Shown here piece by piece: positions 45,847-55,915 of a stretch of DNA of 64,000 nucleotides. Below the pieces are notes generated by a model. The model was given only the letters and a program-made list of their open reading frames with translations. It searched no databases and was not told the DNA's origin. Source of the DNA: a virus (lineage: Duplodnaviria > Caudoviricetes); the IMG/VR virus record IMGVR_UViG_3300031509_000001, positions 2,136 through 66,135 of that record, one strand, 5' to 3'. A program made the translations under genes and the position numbers. Within the stretch, counting starts at the first letter, position 1. Every line of letters starts with the position of its first letter.

Positions 45847-48356
45847 GGAAGCTCGCCAGCCTGTTCAGCTTCTGTCATTGTCGTATTGGGCTCGGTTTCT
45901 TCCGGTCGCCCACCGCCCCTAGTGCGACCTTCCTGTGCGGCCTCCGCCACAGCCATTGCTGCTTCGCGCTTGGCCAACTCTGCTGATGTCTTGGCAAGCT
46001 TCAATGCCATCTCTGCGCGATGCTTATCCTGCATCTGGCGCATTTGCTGTTCTGTGCGCTGACGCATGAGCTCGGTCTCAGCCTGCGCTTTCATAGCCTT
46101 GATCTGAATGTCGGCCAGGGCTTTCTGCACCTTGATTGCCGTCTCGGCATCCATCTGCTTCTGTTCTTGAATCGCCTGATGGAGGGCGCCAATGGCTTGG
46201 GCCATTTCCCCAATGGCCTGTTCGTGCTGTTGCATCTTTTGAGCGATGGGGGCGACCACCGATTCGCCGATTTGCTGGGTCAGGACCTGCATCCCCTCCG
46301 CAACCGTACGAAGTATCATTTCGCGGACGGTTTCAGGGTTCTCTTGTTCATCGCTCAAAAGCCTGAAGCTCTGCGGCGCGCCGGCCAGTCTGGCAGCCTC
46401 CTCGATAATCCTGATGATGGGCTCAGCGCCAATGGCCTGGAAAATATCCGGCTTCGACGCCACAACTTGCACCACCTGGAACATGGCCGTGGCGAGTTGA
46501 TTGTTGCGCTGCTGATCAATCTCGCTCTTCGCCTCAGCGAAGGCTGCCATCTGAAGGGCTTCCTTGGATGTCCGTACAATCCAGCGCCGGCTTCCTCGCT
46601 CCAGAATCTTGAAGCCGATCTCTTCAATGAGCTGCTCGGCCTGTTCCCCGTAATTGGAAATCTCAGCGATAATCTCGCCGGGCTCGAAATGTTCCATGAG
46701 CGCCTCGTACAACTGGCGCTTCCAGGCCTCCACTCCTGCGTCGATGTGTGCGCCGATGTATTGCAGTCTCGTATTGGAATACATGGACAGCGTGCGGATT
46801 TCTTCGGCGCTCTGGTAGTGATGGGCCGCTGCCCCGAGCTCCGCTGCGCTGATCTGCAGGACGCGCTCCATGATGTTCAACACGGAGCCCATCGTCTGCA
46901 CCAGCTCCGCCACGCTTTGTTTTGGCAGCTCAACAACTTGGAAGGCCTTCGTAATATCCGTGCCCATGCGCGGCAGCATGGCGCCGTCAAAACTCAGAAA
47001 GTTCAGCGACCGGTACTTGCGGTCTCCGGATTGCTCCAGCTGCTTGATCGCGCTCTCGGATACCGCGTTCCTGTCGTAGTAGATGATTGTCAACAGGTTT
47101 TGTTTGCAGACCAGGATGATGTTGCTCAACAGGTTGGCAATCTGGTCCTGGAACGGCAATGTCTCCAAAGCAATGGAACCCTGCAGGTTTGCGTGTGGGT
47201 CGTAGTCGTAGCCAACAAACCAAGCCGGCGTATAACCGCACGGTTCAGCCCACAACACAGTGTCATCGCCTGCGATGATGAACCTGTGCCAGACAGGGTG
47301 ACGGTAGTTGCCGATGCCGTATTCAGCCGGCACCAGCTTCATGTAGAGCGTCGTCAGAATGATGCTGGCATCGCGCGTGGTGGTGGGGCTGTAAACCAGC
47401 ACGGACTCTTCGCGCGTAAGCGGCGCAAAAGTACTGGCGGGCGGGCGAATCGCGCATTGGTAGACTTCGGCGAAGTAGTTGCGTGCCGCTACGGTCTCGA
47501 ACCAGTTGTGTGACGTTACGATTGCATCGCGATTCCAGAACAGACGGTTGCTCAAAATGTCGCCCCACCGGTACACCTCCCAGCAGCCCACCCATTCAGT
47601 CCCCGAGTCTGTGTTGAGCGTGCTCAACGGATGCCGCTGATCCCAGAACACCCGCGTGGGGTGCGGGATCATGTAGCGCAGTCCCTGCCGGACCACCTCT
47701 GCTTTGCCGGTTTCGCCGTTGATTTTGCGCTCCTTGAACCACTCCTCACGCGGAAACACGATTGCTATACCGTACTTCGCAGCCTGCCCAATGGCTTCAC
47801 GTAGCGTTGTTTCATAGCCCCACCATGTACTAAGCAGCTTGACCACTTCCTGCACCACTTCTGTGCGCACACGGTCCTCCAGGCGCCTGCGCATCGGCAC
47901 ATAGGTGAGCAGTGGGTCCCTTCTTCGGTCGGCAAAAAGTTTGGCAGCCCGCAGCGTAGTATAGGCCTTAACGATAGGCACAAAGACTTCGAAAAAGAGC
48001 GGTGGATTCAGAGCGTACGCCTTCTTCCCGTTTCGATCGATCTCAGTAAAGACCGACAGCGGGTTGACCCCGTACGCCTCAAGGGCGCGCCGAGTGCTTT
48101 CCTCGTCCATCCGCTTGGACAGCACATGCTGAATGATCGGGATGTAAATCTGTGAGGCGGGGAGCTCGTAGGAATAGTCAATTGCGGCATACGTCTTGTA
48201 ATCGGCCAGTCGCTCGGCAATTCCTGTTCGAACGCGCTCCCGGATGACCTCATAAAGGGCCCTGAGCCGCTTGGGTCTGTCCTGTGGCGGGATTGTGAAA
48301 ACGGCCTTGTACGTCGCCGGGCTAACGCTCAGTTGTGCGAGCTGCTTCAGTCTCAT
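45843..48356 (-). CDS. portal protein
   Basis: 837 aa; AAKYGIAIV, HPTRVFWD, PFQDQIANLLS, QSAEEI; long Gln/Glu coiled-coil C-terminus as in P22-type portals. Confidence 0.8.
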   Translation of the reverse strand: MRLKQLAQLSVSPATYKAVFTIPPQDRPKRLRALYEVIRERVRTGIAERLADYKTYAAIDYSYELPASQIYIPIIQHVLSKRMDEESTRRALEAYGVNPLSVFTEIDRNGKKAYALNPPLFFEVFVPIVKAYTTLRAAKLFADRRRDPLLTYVPMRRRLEDRVRTEVVQEVVKLLSTWWGYETTLREAIGQAAKYGIAIVFPREEWFKERKINGETGKAEVVRQGLRYMIPHPTRVFWDQRHPLSTLNTDSGTEWVGCWEVYRWGDILSNRLFWNRDAIVTSHNWFETVAARNYFAEVYQCAIRPPASTFAPLTREESVLVYSPTTTRDASIILTTLYMKLVPAEYGIGNYRHPVWHRFIIAGDDTVLWAEPCGYTPAWFVGYDYDPHANLQGSIALETLPFQDQIANLLSNIILVCKQNLLTIIYYDRNAVSESAIKQLEQSGDRKYRSLNFLSFDGAMLPRMGTDITKAFQVVELPKQSVAELVQTMGSVLNIMERVLQISAAELGAAAHHYQSAEEIRTLSMYSNTRLQYIGAHIDAGVEAWKRQLYEALMEHFEPGEIIAEISNYGEQAEQLIEEIGFKILERGSRRWIVRTSKEALQMAAFAEAKSEIDQQRNNQLATAMFQVVQVVASKPDIFQAIGAEPIIRIIEEAARLAGAPQSFRLLSDEQENPETVREMILRTVAEGMQVLTQQIGESVVAPIAQKMQQHEQAIGEMAQAIGALHQAIQEQKQMDAETAIKVQKALADIQIKAMKAQAETELMRQRTEQQMRQMQDKHRAEMALKLAKTSAELAKREAAMAVAEAAQEGRTRGGGRPEETEPNTTMTEAEQAGELP

Positions 48357-48418
48357 GACCGCTCGGCCTCGTTAAAACGAAATGTCGGCACATGGAATGC
48401 CGACACCCGGTTGATGGA

Positions 48419-48751
48419 CTACTGTCCCTTGCCAATGACCGCCAGAATAGCAGGAATCGGCTGCCCCTTTCCGCCGGGCTTCCTTACCGACTTTTCTTCC
48501 CTTGGCTTTTGCACTTTCTTGACTTCGCCATACTCCTCCTCGGTTTCGGTTCCGCCAACCTCTTCTGCGCCAAGCACCTCAAATTCTCCGGGTGAAATTT
48601 GACGGACCCGAATGCTCAAGGTGTATTCCTCTCCGTCCTCCCATTGCAATACAAATGGCCAGCGCTCATCATGTGGATCCAATGAGAGTCGGTTGTCGTA
48701 TGCGCCGGGTTCATCTTCCCGCATGCCGAGAACAGTGGGATCATTCGCCAT
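48419..48751 (-). CDS. hypothetical acidic protein, first gene of the head operon
   Basis: Start MANDPTV with AAGGGA RBS. Confidence 0.6.
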   Translation of the reverse strand: MANDPTVLGMREDEPGAYDNRLSLDPHDERWPFVLQWEDGEEYTLSIRVRQISPGEFEVLGAEEVGGTETEEEYGEVKKVQKPREEKSVRKPGGKGQPIPAILAVIGKGQ

Positions 48752-48834
48752 AGTGCATTCCCTTTCAGTTGTTGACAGTCCAGACTGCCGGAGCAACCAT
48801 ACCTACAAGACGCAGCGCAAGTCAAGGCCTCCAT

Positions 48835-50397
48835 ATGCCGATTTTGCCCGATGGTAGTTGGGTCCCGCTGATGACCCAGCGGCAGATCGAATTGTTTAAT
48901 CTCTGCCGAAGCCGGCAGAAGACCTTCGTCCTTGCTTCAGGCCCAAGACTGTCCGGGAAAACGTTGGCTTGCTTACATGCGCTTTGTGACCACGCATGGA
49001 ATACGCCGAATGCCAACATCTGCATCGTTACCGTTACACAAAGCGCCGGCATGGACTCCGGAATTTGGACCGACCTGACCGAAATGATCCTGCCACAATG
49101 GATTGAGGAGGGCAATTTTGGCATGCGCTGGATACGCCGCCCAAGTGTATCCGGTGTCACAAAAAAGCCTTACTGCATCGTCAACAACCGATACGGGCAC
49201 AACGTCAAGATCCAGCTCGAAAGCCTAAAAAACGAGACAGAAGCGGAAGCGCGATTCAAGGGGAAGCGCTATTCGATGCTGCTTGTAAACGAGCTCTCCA
49301 ACTTCCGGAATCCAGCAAGCTTCAGGACCTGGGCAGAGTGCCTGCGTATCGTCGGCCTAAAGCCACAGATGCACTTGTTCCTGGCCGACACAAACCCCTC
49401 TGACGAAGGCACAAATAGCTGGATCTACAAAATCTGGTACGACCTTCCCGTAGTCGACTTTAACAGGCAGCAGCATGACCAAGAATCCGAAGAACTCAAG
49501 GCCTACAGGTACCTGCAACCCCTCGTCGGCAAGGTGGAGTTCACGTTGGAAGACAACATCCTCATCGAGCCGGAACGGATCCAGCGACTCAAGGCCGCCT
49601 ACGCAGGCGACCCAGACCAATATGCACGATATGTCCTGGGCAAATGGGTCACGGCCACCACAGATTCACTTTTCTACAGCGTATTCAAGGAATCGATTCA
49701 CGTGGTTCCGCCAATCCCTACTGGTGCTGGCGACGACCGCGAAATCATGGTCCCAGAGCCTGAGTGCAGCGAGCTCATTACCGGCTGGGATCCTGGCGTC
49801 AGCAATTGCGCAACCGTAATCGTCGAAAAGGTCATCGCCAATCTAAATGGCGAGCCCACAAGCTACTTCAAGGTGCTGGACGAACTGGTGGTCATCGGCC
49901 AGACGGTAGATATATCTGGGTTTGTGTATCAGATTGCGCAAAAGCTCAAGTATTGGCAGTCTGTTATCGGCAAATCGATCTCATGCAAGCACTACTCTGA
50001 CAGATACGCGTTTGACGTTAAAGAGCCAATGGGCAACCGCTATTTGCATCAGATTATTTTTGACGAGTCGCCCATTGACACTCCGGGGGGGCCGATTACG
50101 CTCATCGCCGCCGAACGTGGGAAGGGCAGCGTAGCACAAAAGGTTGAGCTGCTTAGACAGCTCTTGTTCCAGCGCAGAATCTTCTTCAGTCGGTACAAGG
50201 CCCCAATGTGCATACAAATGCTAAAAAGCATCAAGCGAGGAAGAACCGCCCTGTCCGTAATAGACACAGCCAGCCAGTACAAGCACGTGTTTGACGCGCT
50301 CATGTACGCCGTAGCATCCGAATGCTACGACGAGATCGCCAGGATGGTGGCGACCAAACGATTCAAGGAAGACAGCTATGTGCCGGTGCTGATATGA
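48835..50397 (+). CDS. terL: terminase large subunit
   Basis: Walker A LASGPRLSGKT, Walker B-like LLVNELSNF, ADTNP, ARYVLGKW, nuclease GWDPG...KHVFDALMY. Confidence 0.9.
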   Translation: MPILPDGSWVPLMTQRQIELFNLCRSRQKTFVLASGPRLSGKTLACLHALCDHAWNTPNANICIVTVTQSAGMDSGIWTDLTEMILPQWIEEGNFGMRWIRRPSVSGVTKKPYCIVNNRYGHNVKIQLESLKNETEAEARFKGKRYSMLLVNELSNFRNPASFRTWAECLRIVGLKPQMHLFLADTNPSDEGTNSWIYKIWYDLPVVDFNRQQHDQESEELKAYRYLQPLVGKVEFTLEDNILIEPERIQRLKAAYAGDPDQYARYVLGKWVTATTDSLFYSVFKESIHVVPPIPTGAGDDREIMVPEPECSELITGWDPGVSNCATVIVEKVIANLNGEPTSYFKVLDELVVIGQTVDISGFVYQIAQKLKYWQSVIGKSISCKHYSDRYAFDVKEPMGNRYLHQIIFDESPIDTPGGPITLIAAERGKGSVAQKVELLRQLLFQRRIFFSRYKAPMCIQMLKSIKRGRTALSVIDTASQYKHVFDALMYAVASECYDEIARMVATKRFKEDSYVPVLI

Positions 50398-50765
50398 GCA
50401 TTAGCATTGCCAGGTTCAGACGAAAGTTGGCAAGGTGTTTGCGCCTTGCGTGTGCGCTCTTGGTGGCTGCGGTGGTTTCATGGCGAGAACCCAAGGTCGC
50501 ATTCTGGAAGATTTTGGCCGCGTTTCAATCTTGGAGGCTTCTGCGTTCGAATGCGCCCAGGGAGGCTGTCATGCGACGCTACAGAAGTTGCCTTTCCTGT
50601 CCTATTTTTTACAAGCCCCTGCGTACATGTGGTACGCCGTTAAAGAGTGAACTGCGTGGCCTGGGGTGTTATTGTAACATGGAAGCGAAGGTTGCATACC
50701 AGGAAGCGACCTGTTGGCTGAATGACAATGTCGGTGGACGTTTTACAAGACGAGGTTGGCTTTGA
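50394..50765 (+). CDS. hypothetical Cys-rich protein
   Basis: RRYRSCLSCP...TCG...GCYCNMEAK...ATCW. Confidence 0.65.
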   Translation: MSISIARFRRKLARCLRLACALLVAAVVSWREPKVAFWKILAAFQSWRLLRSNAPREAVMRRYRSCLSCPIFYKPLRTCGTPLKSELRGLGCYCNMEAKVAYQEATCWLNDNVGGRFTRRGWL

Positions 50766-51237
50766 TATTGCTGTGGGGCCTGCGGTTTTAGATCCACTGC
50801 TGCCAACACAGCAACAAAACCTAGCTGCTACAAGCCCGGTAGATGACCCCGGGGATCCTTCAGTATGGGGCGCCCCGGACGTGCTGCGGAGCGATGTTGT
50901 GTCGGCAATGGCCAACTACGCGCAGTGGCTGGAGCCCAGGCTGCGGGATGGTGTGGCCAAGGTGGCCGTTTTTGAAACTGTGTCCCTTCTCGTCGATCAA
51001 CTCCGCCAACTCAAGGAAATGACCGGTGATAAGGATTTGCGGCCAAACGAGAGAATCGCAGCCGCCAAAGCCGCCAGCGAGGTCGCCAGATCGGTCGCAG
51101 AACTGGCCAGTCAGCTGGAATCTCTGGCCAAGCAGTCATCCCTCCAAGCTTTAGGCGCTTCAAATAAGCCTCCTCCATCAGGTGCCATCATGATCAACAA
51201 CCAGGTGGTGCTGGACAAACCAACTCAATCCTCATGA
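50722..51237 (+). CDS. hypothetical helical protein (terminase small subunit candidate)
   Basis: NERIAAAKAA motif and C-terminal IMINNQVV; near terL. Confidence 0.4.
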   Translation: MTMSVDVLQDEVGFDIAVGPAVLDPLLPTQQQNLAATSPVDDPGDPSVWGAPDVLRSDVVSAMANYAQWLEPRLRDGVAKVAVFETVSLLVDQLRQLKEMTGDKDLRPNERIAAAKAASEVARSVAELASQLESLAKQSSLQALGASNKPPPSGAIMINNQVVLDKPTQSS

Positions 51238-51626
51238 GCTATCGTGGATACATCCCCAATTTTACCCCACCGTTTCAGTTGGTTCTACCAAGCCGGCCCA
51301 CCGAACAGCCCATTGTATTCGGCACACAGGACCCAGAGGGGGTGGTGCCAGGAGCGCCAGGGCAGTACTACGTCAACACCAACACGATGCGAATGTGGCT
51401 CAAACTCGGTGGTGTCCAGGAACTCGGATGGAAAGAGGTGGGCATCTACGTCCCCGGCGGCGATGGAGGCGGCGGTGGCGGCACCGTCCTGGCCGGAAGC
51501 TACGACAACCCGAACGGCCTCATCTTGGCCGCAGCGCCAGCTCTCTACTACAGCTTTAATGGAACCGTATGGGCCAAAGGCACGACACAACTTTCAACTG
51601 AAGGATGGTACCAACTCATAGGCTGA
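51234..51626 (+). CDS. fibre-associated virion protein
   Basis: Two repeats of G..P.G...G..G..Y......W.K......GW. Confidence 0.6.
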   Translation: MSYRGYIPNFTPPFQLVLPSRPTEQPIVFGTQDPEGVVPGAPGQYYVNTNTMRMWLKLGGVQELGWKEVGIYVPGGDGGGGGGTVLAGSYDNPNGLILAAAPALYYSFNGTVWAKGTTQLSTEGWYQLIG

Positions 51627-54031
51627 TTTGGGTTGTCATTGCGATCACGGCGGCAACGGCATGGGGTCAAATGCCGCCGCCACTGATCCGCAACCCCTAC
51701 ACGACCAACACGCCGCCTAACGGATGGCAGGCGCTACAGTTCTACCTGGAGGCAGGCCAGTGGATTTCGATGTCTCAGAGCGGGCAGAAGTGGCGAATCA
51801 GTTCCACGCTTACAGATCCCCTGACCAACGGCTACACTGGCAACGTGCGCTTCCTCGGCTCCTCCAACTACTTCAGCGGCAACGTGCGGATTGACGGGAG
51901 CCTGAGGCTGGGAGGAGACCTGATCGGCACCAACGTAGTGCCACTGGTCGCACTGCAGGCCTCTGGAACAAGGGATGGGACCACCTACCTTCGCGGGGAT
52001 GGCCAATGGGCTGTGCCCGGCCCTAACGACGTGTTCATCGTTGCTCCTCGGGCCACCGGGAACGGAGCCCAGGACTGGCCGAACTTGCAAGCCGCGCTCG
52101 ATCAGACCACAAACGCCACACATCTGTATGGAGCACGGACTTACGTAATCATTCCGCCCGGAATATACGTCATAACACAGGCGCTAACGCTGCGGGCCCA
52201 TGGCATTACAGTGTGGGGAAGCGGCATTGACCGGACCTTAATCATCCAGCAATCCTCCACTGCGCCAGTCTTTGTCGTTCATGGAGTGACGGGTAACTAC
52301 GGCGGCACGAACCAGCTTTGGTGGGCTGAAATCGGCAATATGCGGATCACGAAGACGCATGAACCGATCAGTGTTTCCACCAGCAGAGCATTTGACTTCG
52401 CGTCAGGTGTTTCTGGTTCACAGAAAGCCTCCAGGCTCATTTTGCGCAGGATCAAGGTCGATAATTTCTATATCGGCGTCTACATCGGGCATGGCGTCGG
52501 CCTGCTAGCTGAGCAATGTGAAATGTATGGGAACAACTACGGGTTTTACCTTGCACACGCCGATAATGCCGAGTTAAATCACGTGTACCTTGGCGACGCC
52601 GAGCATTCTACATACCGAACCAATCTGTTTGAAGCGCCACACAGCGCTGGCATTGTCTGGCGGCCGCTAGATGGTATCGCCGGCAAGGTTCTGACTCTTC
52701 GCTCGTTTGAAGGCCGCCGAGTAAACAACATCCTGGCGGCCACCAACGGAACTGTGCGAGTCTCTGCCGGAAACCTTGAGCTTATGGCAACCGGCCCAGC
52801 GTTTGTCTTTCATAGGCCATTTGCCGTGGATATTAACGGGGTCCGCGTGACGAGGGTGAACACCAATTATAACCCGGTAATTCTCTGCAACGGCGCTTGC
52901 GAATATTTGCGTGTCCATGGTCTTAACCTTCTCGATGACCTATCGCCATCCCCGCCGATTTGGGTGAATCCGCACACGGCAGCACTGCCACATTATTCGG
53001 GAATGCCCGTCACAATCTCCAATGTAGCCAATGGCCAGACATACACCGCACCCTTCTTCGAACCGCGCCTATCGGGCCCTTTTCTACGCGCCGGCGGATC
53101 GAGTTCTGTAAGGCTGCTGGGTCTTGATGGCAACAGCACGGCACAGGGCGTTCATGTTACGAACGGGCTAATGCTTGTCGGGACCAATCTTGTTACAACA
53201 AATATCCCCGTGAGCTCTATTGCGGCCACGGGCACGCGCGACAGCACAACGTTCCTGCGGGGGGATGGTACTTGGGCGCAGCCCTCGAGTGGGGGGCTCA
53301 GCAACCCGCCGATGCCCGGCCTTACTGTGGCCAGCCATGACACCAATCAATGGGCCTGGTATCGGACCGCCGTCGCCCCCGGATCCGAAATCATCAGCAT
53401 GTGGGCGCAGGCGCCTAATAGCGGAACATCGCCAGCGGCCTCGCCAGGAGCAAACTTCTCTCAGGATGGAGCCGTGGCGTTCACGACGACAAACAGCTCT
53501 GGGCAACAGGTTGCTGGCAACCTACTATTGAGGACGAACGCAAGCGGTGTGACTACGCGAATTCGATACAGCGGCAATATTGTGCCTGCAGTAAGAGCGA
53601 TGGCGCTCGTTTATCACGTCTTGGCTGTTGATCACCCTGCAGACCTTAACGTATATGCCGGGTGGATCAGCGGTAATGCAGGCGGTCAGACTGATTGGCC
53701 GCAGACAGCCCAAACTTACGCGATCTTCTACTCTACGAACGGCGTGTGGCATGCGTTCGTGCGCAAGTCAAGCAGTGAGGCCGTGAACGTTCCGATCGGG
53801 CTGAACGTTGAGGCTGGTCGGGCCTACCGCCTGAGCATCAATCGGAATGCAGACGGAAGCTTAGACTTCTTTATCAACAATAGGCTCGTAGCAACGGTGG
53901 ATGCGTCAAATGCGCCCCCCGATGACCACGCTGCTGCCCCGGTAATCTGGGTGCGCACGAAATCGGCTACCACCTTGGATTGGCGGTGGTACAAATCGCA
54001 GGTGGATTACATGCCTGATCCTTGGCCATGA
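51605..54031 (+). CDS. tail fibre/spike with beta-helix and lectin-like C-terminus, carrying an N-terminal signal peptide
   Basis: DWPNLQAALD...IPPGIYVI (pectin-lyase-like cap); two copies of (A/T)GTRD.TT(Y/F)LRGDG.WA; YRLSI...FFINN.LV. Confidence 0.75.
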   Translation: MVPTHRLIWVVIAITAATAWGQMPPPLIRNPYTTNTPPNGWQALQFYLEAGQWISMSQSGQKWRISSTLTDPLTNGYTGNVRFLGSSNYFSGNVRIDGSLRLGGDLIGTNVVPLVALQASGTRDGTTYLRGDGQWAVPGPNDVFIVAPRATGNGAQDWPNLQAALDQTTNATHLYGARTYVIIPPGIYVITQALTLRAHGITVWGSGIDRTLIIQQSSTAPVFVVHGVTGNYGGTNQLWWAEIGNMRITKTHEPISVSTSRAFDFASGVSGSQKASRLILRRIKVDNFYIGVYIGHGVGLLAEQCEMYGNNYGFYLAHADNAELNHVYLGDAEHSTYRTNLFEAPHSAGIVWRPLDGIAGKVLTLRSFEGRRVNNILAATNGTVRVSAGNLELMATGPAFVFHRPFAVDINGVRVTRVNTNYNPVILCNGACEYLRVHGLNLLDDLSPSPPIWVNPHTAALPHYSGMPVTISNVANGQTYTAPFFEPRLSGPFLRAGGSSSVRLLGLDGNSTAQGVHVTNGLMLVGTNLVTTNIPVSSIAATGTRDSTTFLRGDGTWAQPSSGGLSNPPMPGLTVASHDTNQWAWYRTAVAPGSEIISMWAQAPNSGTSPAASPGANFSQDGAVAFTTTNSSGQQVAGNLLLRTNASGVTTRIRYSGNIVPAVRAMALVYHVLAVDHPADLNVYAGWISGNAGGQTDWPQTAQTYAIFYSTNGVWHAFVRKSSSEAVNVPIGLNVEAGRAYRLSINRNADGSLDFFINNRLVATVDASNAPPDDHAAAPVIWVRTKSATTLDWRWYKSQVDYMPDPWP

Positions 54032-54327
54032 CACAATTGCTTCGCGGCATGCGTCTTCAGATTGTACTGTTGGCGTTACTGGCCAATGCAGCTTGGCTTT
54101 TCTGCGGAGGCTGCAAGTGGGCGGCGGCTGAACGTGAGCGTCGTATTCTGCATATACAGCAAGAGGCCGATCGAATCGAGTGCGATCACCAAGCATTACC
54201 GGAGTCAAGGAAGATTGAGCCGCCGGTTTTGCTGTGGGTAACGACAAATGGGGCCTCCAGCCATTTGAGGTGGCCTTGGAATCTACCGCCAGCGGCAAGC
54301 ATTTTGCCTAAACGACTAGACGACTAA
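54028..54327 (+). CDS. small secreted or lipoprotein-like protein
   Basis: MRLQIVLLALLANAAWLFCGGC hydrophobic leader. Confidence 0.45.
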   Translation: MTQLLRGMRLQIVLLALLANAAWLFCGGCKWAAAERERRILHIQQEADRIECDHQALPESRKIEPPVLLWVTTNGASSHLRWPWNLPPAASILPKRLDD

Positions 54328-54329
54328 TT

Positions 54330-54758
54330 ATGAAACTGGAGCAAAAGCTTATGGGTAGGGTTATGACTCTCTGGACGTTGTTTACAGCGACAGGCGTCTT
54401 GTTGGGCGCGATGTTTCATTTGGCGTGGGACCATCCGTGGCATGGGATGCCGGGGCTTGAGTATGTGCTGGTGGGTGACAGGAACCCGTCCGTCATTACC
54501 AACGAGCCCCGCAATGCGCACACTGTGATTTTCACGGCCAGCACGAATCTGATGATCTCGGGGCCCCTGAGCACTGGCACGTGGTATTACGTGTGCTACG
54601 CCGTTTTGAGCAACGTCTGGTCTGAGCCGAGTAATGTGTTGGAGGTGCGGATTCCCGGCCCTCCAACGAACATGGTGCGCGTGGCGGTTGATGTGTCGCC
54701 GGACATGCGTTTGTGGACCAACGCAGGCTTTATCAGGCTGAGGATTGGACAGCCATAG
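54330..54758 (+). CDS. secreted FN3-like protein
   Basis: Signal-like leader; LAWD...L..GTWYYVCYAV...SEPSN is an FN3 signature. Confidence 0.6.
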   Translation: MKLEQKLMGRVMTLWTLFTATGVLLGAMFHLAWDHPWHGMPGLEYVLVGDRNPSVITNEPRNAHTVIFTASTNLMISGPLSTGTWYYVCYAVLSNVWSEPSNVLEVRIPGPPTNMVRVAVDVSPDMRLWTNAGFIRLRIGQP

Positions 54759-54776
54759 ACGTGCGCGGAGGGATCT

Positions 54777-55055
54777 ATGTCTGGGTTGCGATTTGATCGT
54801 TCCATCAATTTGGGGCATCTGGTGGTCCTTTTCGGACTCCTGATGAACGTAGGCGCCATGGTGGTCACATCGGCCAAGCAATCACAACGTGTTGAAGTGA
54901 TCCTGGCTGAGCACGAGCGACGCATTGTGGCGCTTGAATCAGCGGTGGCCGAGTTGACCAAGTTGTCGTGGTTTATGAAGGAAAATCTTGCCGTGTTGAC
55001 GAGCATAGTCAACCGGCAATCCCGTATGGACAGTAGAATGTTGGACAAACAATAA
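54777..55055 (+). CDS. membrane-anchored coiled-coil protein of the lysis cassette
   Basis: RFDRSINLGHL, one TM helix, then coiled coil; GGAGG RBS. Confidence 0.6.
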   Translation: MSGLRFDRSINLGHLVVLFGLLMNVGAMVVTSAKQSQRVEVILAEHERRIVALESAVAELTKLSWFMKENLAVLTSIVNRQSRMDSRMLDKQ

Positions 55056-55067
55056 AGCGAGTAGCCT

Positions 55068-55334
55068 ATGGAAAAGACCGCACTGATTACGTTGGTTGTG
55101 CCGATCGTTATTGAGGTGCTGAAGGTGCTGGCGCCGCGCTTCCCGAAGCGTTGGTTGCCGATCCTGGCTCCTATCGTGGGTGCGTTGGCAGACATTCTCG
55201 CTCATTTCAGCGGCCTATTGTCGGAGAGCAATCCGGCAATGGCTGCCCTGTACGGCATGGCCGGATCCGGCCTGTACGATATCTACCATCACGTCTATCG
55301 TAAGCCGTCGTCCTCTGTCAAAGCGCAGGAATGA
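55068..55334 (+). CDS. holin
   Basis: 88 aa with 2-3 TM helices; IIEVLK...PKRWLPILAPIVG...GMAGSGLYD. Confidence 0.75.
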   Translation: MEKTALITLVVPIVIEVLKVLAPRFPKRWLPILAPIVGALADILAHFSGLLSESNPAMAALYGMAGSGLYDIYHHVYRKPSSSVKAQE

Positions 55335-55729
55335 GTGAGCTTTGGGCCAAGCTGTTGTCCATCCTTGGGGCCGCGCTTGTGCGATACGGCGTGTTACTGC
55401 TTGTGCGAGCGAGTCGGCGCAGGATGGAGGATGCCGGCACGCAAGCGAAGCTGACCCGACAGTGGAAGGCTTATGTGGCGCGCAACATTAAAAAGCAATT
55501 GGATCGGCAGCAAAACCGCCTTGACGTCTGGCTTTTGTTGCCGATCATCCTGCTGCTGGCCGGGTGCACCACACGCGTTGTGGTGATTGACCGGTCTTCG
55601 GATGTGGTGCGCCTTGGCAAGGGTGTGAAGGGCGAAATCTACGTCTTGCGCGATGGGGAATGGGTTTCCATCGGCAAGGCGGCACTACCGGAGGGGTGGT
55701 ATGCCGGCCCGGGCCCTGAAAGCGAATGA
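55331..55729 (+). CDS. spanin-like protein with internal lipobox
   Basis: N-terminal TM, then LLLPIILLLAGC lipobox; follows the holin. Confidence 0.5.
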   Translation: MSELWAKLLSILGAALVRYGVLLLVRASRRRMEDAGTQAKLTRQWKAYVARNIKKQLDRQQNRLDVWLLLPIILLLAGCTTRVVVIDRSSDVVRLGKGVKGEIYVLRDGEWVSIGKAALPEGWYAGPGPESE

Positions 55730-55915
55730 GTTTGACGGAGTGTGGGCCGATCTGTTGGGCACTTGCGGCCATACGGGTGTATGGTGCGCACTAGTCACGT
55801 CCATACGGTCAGACACTACTGTCGGAGTTGATAACGTGCCTCTCCGGCAGAATTGTGTTCCGATGTTCCCCAGCGGCCCCACTCCGTCTTTAGCTAGAAA
55901 GTGGGAGGTCAAGGG

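Noticed and set aside
46020-47513. 497-aa ORF on +
   Set aside because: Antisense shadow of the portal gene; His/Leu/Arg-rich composition typical of reverse frames in GC-rich DNA; no motifs.
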